A DNA stretch of 64,000 bases from Lepidodermella squamata (taxonomy: Eukaryota; Animalia; Gastrotricha). Position 1 is the first letter of the stretch, and each line of letters starts with the position of its first letter. The translations under genes and the position numbers were made by a program. The notes beneath the pieces were generated by a model, which did not search any database, had not been told where the DNA came from, and saw only the letters and a list, made by a program, of their open reading frames with translations. This document shows, in pieces, positions 60,720 through 64,000 of this stretch. The DNA is taken from contig JBLDXI010000064.1 of the NCBI GenBank assembly GCA_047495785.1, positions 186,001-250,000 of the forward strand. The letters run 5' to 3'.

Positions 60720-61420
60720 CCTACCACTGTCACAGGAGACGGGCACGAGTTTCGGCAAACCATTCCACTAGATGTCGAGCATAGAGCGGCTGGCAGATGA
60801 GAAGAACCAATCAATGAAAGCGAGTTTTTAATCTTCACAAGCCGCTTTTAAATCTTCACAAGCCGAGTCAGTGAGGCTGTATCGCAAGACTTCGATTGGC
60901 AGCCGACGAAGGACCGATATAGCTTAGAAGGAATCATCGGCCGAAATCAGCATTATTCCAACTACAACTATAAAAACGAATAACTTCCTCAATTTTATTT
61001 ATAAATTATTAGTGCTGATTAGATGGAACCAACTTTTCTCCTGCGTCATGCAGAGTTGCATCGTCGCATGACTGCCAACGGGGTTCTGTGACGAAAAAAT
61101 CGAGAAAAGCAAATGACTCAAGGATTCATTCGAAAAAAATCGGCTGTTGAATAGGGGCTTGTCTGAACTTCAGGACCCATTTTTAGTGGTGGATTGAGCA
61201 CATGATGTTTTTCAAAGAAAAGCAGTTAGCGAATGACGCGTTTGTATTCCGTGTCCAATATGACTGGGGCTATTTAAGAGCTATTTTTGTTATTTTTAAA
61301 ACGTAATTAGGTCTCGCTTGTAATGCTAAGACGGGGAAGACCATAATCGCTCATCCAAAAAATAGTGATAAAAAATACGTGATATTGGAGTTAGGGAAAG
61401 CGTTCTACTAGTTTTTCTCA
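60720..61420 (-). pseudogene. Deleted duplicate of copy F, including its upstream region (copy G)
   Basis: Blocks match 58262-58335, 58510-58830, 59343-59360 and 59566-59830, with intervening segments missing. Confidence 0.8.
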
Positions 61421-62142
61421 ATTTCTACTTGTTTTCTACTTCAAGGTGTTTTCTACTTGTTTTCTAGGACCCAGCCGAAGAAACCAAAGGCCCCTATGGT
61501 TTCTTTCAGCCTCCCTCTGGTTGGAGTACCGGAGCTGGGGTGTCGCGACGCCCCAGCACCCCTGTATACTTCGCTCCCTGCTTCGGCTGTTGATTTGATG
61601 TTGATACCTAACAAACCAACATTTTGTGATGAATTTGACATGACATGCTGATAGCAAATGACAACTGATAATCGAAAGATTAGTATTGGCATGACATTGA
61701 TCCGAAGTTTTTTGACAAATAATATCACTGTAAAGATATGACACCTATTTCAAATTGAAAAGATACTTATATCCTTTTTGCATTGCAGCAGAGCCAAAAA
61801 GTAATTTGGGTTTTGATGTACTTGAGCGATCAGAGCGGCGTCTTGCTCTACCTTCGCGGATTATTTTCCAGCACGATCAAAAATATAGCGAAAAATGACT
61901 ATTTTCAACATGACTTTTCACCCTTTCGAACCGCTCCAAACCCCTCGAATCTTATACCAGCGGATTCAGCGCAAAAAACTGTATAACATATGTCGAAACC
62001 ACGATGATAAAATTCTTTTTACCGAAATTTAATTTTATCCATATTCACACAGTCCATATTCAAGGGCCTTATTCACAAAATTGGCCAGAACTTCAGGTTT
62101 ATACCTCAAGTTCAACACATTCGCCCATTCTATAGGCTATAG

Positions 62143-62503
62143 GATGGGCGAATGTGTTACAAATACGAGGCTCTCACCACGTTTTGCGTACCTGGCAACA
62201 GATGTAACATACCATATACCCAGGTGATATGAATGTTTGTTTTTGAATATTCACAGAAACAGAACTCAATTTCACCAAATTCACATATTCGGTCTTTGGG
62301 GGTCCAAATTTTACTAATTTCATAAATAAATAAAATTTAAATTTATTGGGTCCATGAAGCAAGAAAAATGGTCTTCTTGCTGGATCGCATATATTTCAAT
62401 TCACTCTCATATTTTCCAGTTATTCTGGTTCAATAGCCAAGAGCCGCAGTTGAACTTGAAGTATAACCTGAACGACTGTGAAAAGAAACGAGCAGTTTTC
62501 GAT
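62143..62503 (+). pseudogene. Two-exon relic of the B/C-type gene (copy H)
   Basis: DGRMCYKYEALTTFCVPGN (then frameshift) and LFWFNSQEPQLNLKYNLNDCEKKRAVFD match exons 3-4 of copies B and C. Confidence 0.8.
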
Positions 62504-62537
62504 GTGAGTTTCAATCCTTGATTTCATTCATTGCAAA

Positions 62538-63835
62538 GGGCGTTTTTTTTTATTCCCCACTGCGCCCGGGGAGATCCGGCGGATTGTACGGGCGAGCAAT
62601 AAAAAAATCCGGGCTTCGCGGGCGCGTGTACATTTTTTTATTCCCCGGCTTTTTCTCCCGGGCCGCGAGTCGGGCATCACGGGCGACGTGAATAAAAAAA
62701 TCCGGGCTGTGCGGGCGGCCCGAAAACATTTTTTTATCAATACAACTTCTACGCGGGCGAGCTGGGAAACACGGGCGAGTAAAAAAACGTCATCGGGCTC
62801 GAGTGCTAATAACACTTATTTTCGCGATTTCTTACTGCGATTGCTGATTCATGCTTATGTTCACAAACCAAGGGAGAAAATTATTCGCACCATTCCAGTC
62901 TAACTTGATGCTTGCTTAATTAGGAAGGATAAAATCTACAGCATTATTTAATGAAATGTGAAATGTGACCGAGTACAGTTGATTTCATATGATATTTCTG
63001 ATCGCAAATTCCCATTCTTCAGCATTTAAAATATTCTGAAACAGGCCTGGTCAACCTGGTCAAGGTCATTCGCCACGCATAGTTTAATTCCGGTGTCCAA
63101 CTCGCTTCGGATCTGGATAAATTCGATCTCATATGATTCTCAATCATTCAACAATGTTCTAAATTTGTCATGAAATTTTGTAAAATTTTGAACGGAGGCT
63201 GGAATTTTGAATTCAAAATTACATTAATTAACATTAATTAAAGGCTTTTAAATGCAGCATTATTAAAATTTGATAATTAATACGGGTTTAGACTTTTGGT
63301 ATTCTTCAACCACTGCTATTGTGATTCGATACCCGAATCTACGATGAAAATCGATCTAAATTTCACATCTCTCGGTTCGATACCGGAAAGGAAAAATAAT
63401 TTAAAGCAATTCTAATGCGGGGCCATTTGAGATAAATTGAGGTGAAATACCCACCCGGGATCGCTTGCCAATCGCTGCGATTTTGCCGTACTTCTTATTG
63501 ACCATAATTATTTTTAAATTATTTGCATTTATTTTATGGTTTCCTGAATTATTATTCAGCAGCAGAAATAAAATCACTTGCACTACTTTATCACTCATAT
63601 TAAATGTTTTTTGCAATTTTTTGCTGCTTCGAATCGCGTGCGTGATCATTTTTCCCGCAGCTGCCCGGTCTTGAGAGGCCGGGCGTTATGGGCGATGTGT
63701 AGAGTGCGGGCAAGCCGGGCTAATAAAAAAATGTGTTCGGGCGCCCGTGGATGTACGGGCGGTCTGGGCGGAATAAATGAACGTGTGCGGGCAGTGCGGG
63801 CGCGGGCAAGTCGGGTCGAATAAAAAAAAACACCC
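62538..63835. mobile_element. Non-autonomous TIR element, possibly PIF/Harbinger-like
   Basis: GGGCGTTTTTTTTTATTC and GAATAAAAAAAAACACCC ends, AAA on both flanks (possible 3-bp TSD), many CGGGC and AATAAAAAA subterminal repeats. Confidence 0.65.
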
Positions 63836-64000
63836 AAAGAGTGCGGCACGCGACCACCTTTTTTGCCACCCAACGCTCTATCCGCCCATTATAATTTTAA
63901 TTAATTTCAAAAATTGAAAAGGCCACAGGTACCTTTTTCGAAAATTTTGATTTTATGCTCGTAAAAACTAGAAGCGGCCCTCTATCTAAGTATACCAGGC

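Overview
Eukaryotic, AT-rich, intron-dense DNA with short GT-AG introns and TTTCAG/TTTTAG acceptors. It is most likely nematode, inferred from the splice signals and a nematode-type astacin-EGF-CUB gene. 0.8-13.3 kb is a nest of transposons: a TA-flanked Tc1/mariner-pogo-type MITE containing a 5'-truncated non-LTR element with a 17-bp TSD, an intact CR1-like LINE whose ORF1 and ORF2 are in frame across one TAG, a second inverted MITE copy, and an hAT element with an intact spliced transposase, a fully paired tRNA-like cloverleaf and a 172-bp tandem array. 16.6-62.5 kb is a cluster of secreted-protein genes and pseudogenes built from one ~45-55 aa four-cysteine repeat that I do not recognise, arranged in A-B-C triplets with conserved intron positions. 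The module occurs alone (3 genes), upstream of a highly variable C-type lectin terminal exon (4 genes or pseudogenes plus orphan lectin exons), or downstream of a catalytically dead astacin-EGF-CUB-kringle protein. Lectin exons show a sharp recombination boundary, and broken paralogs carry templated-insertion scars. All gene models were spliced by eye; no database searches were run.
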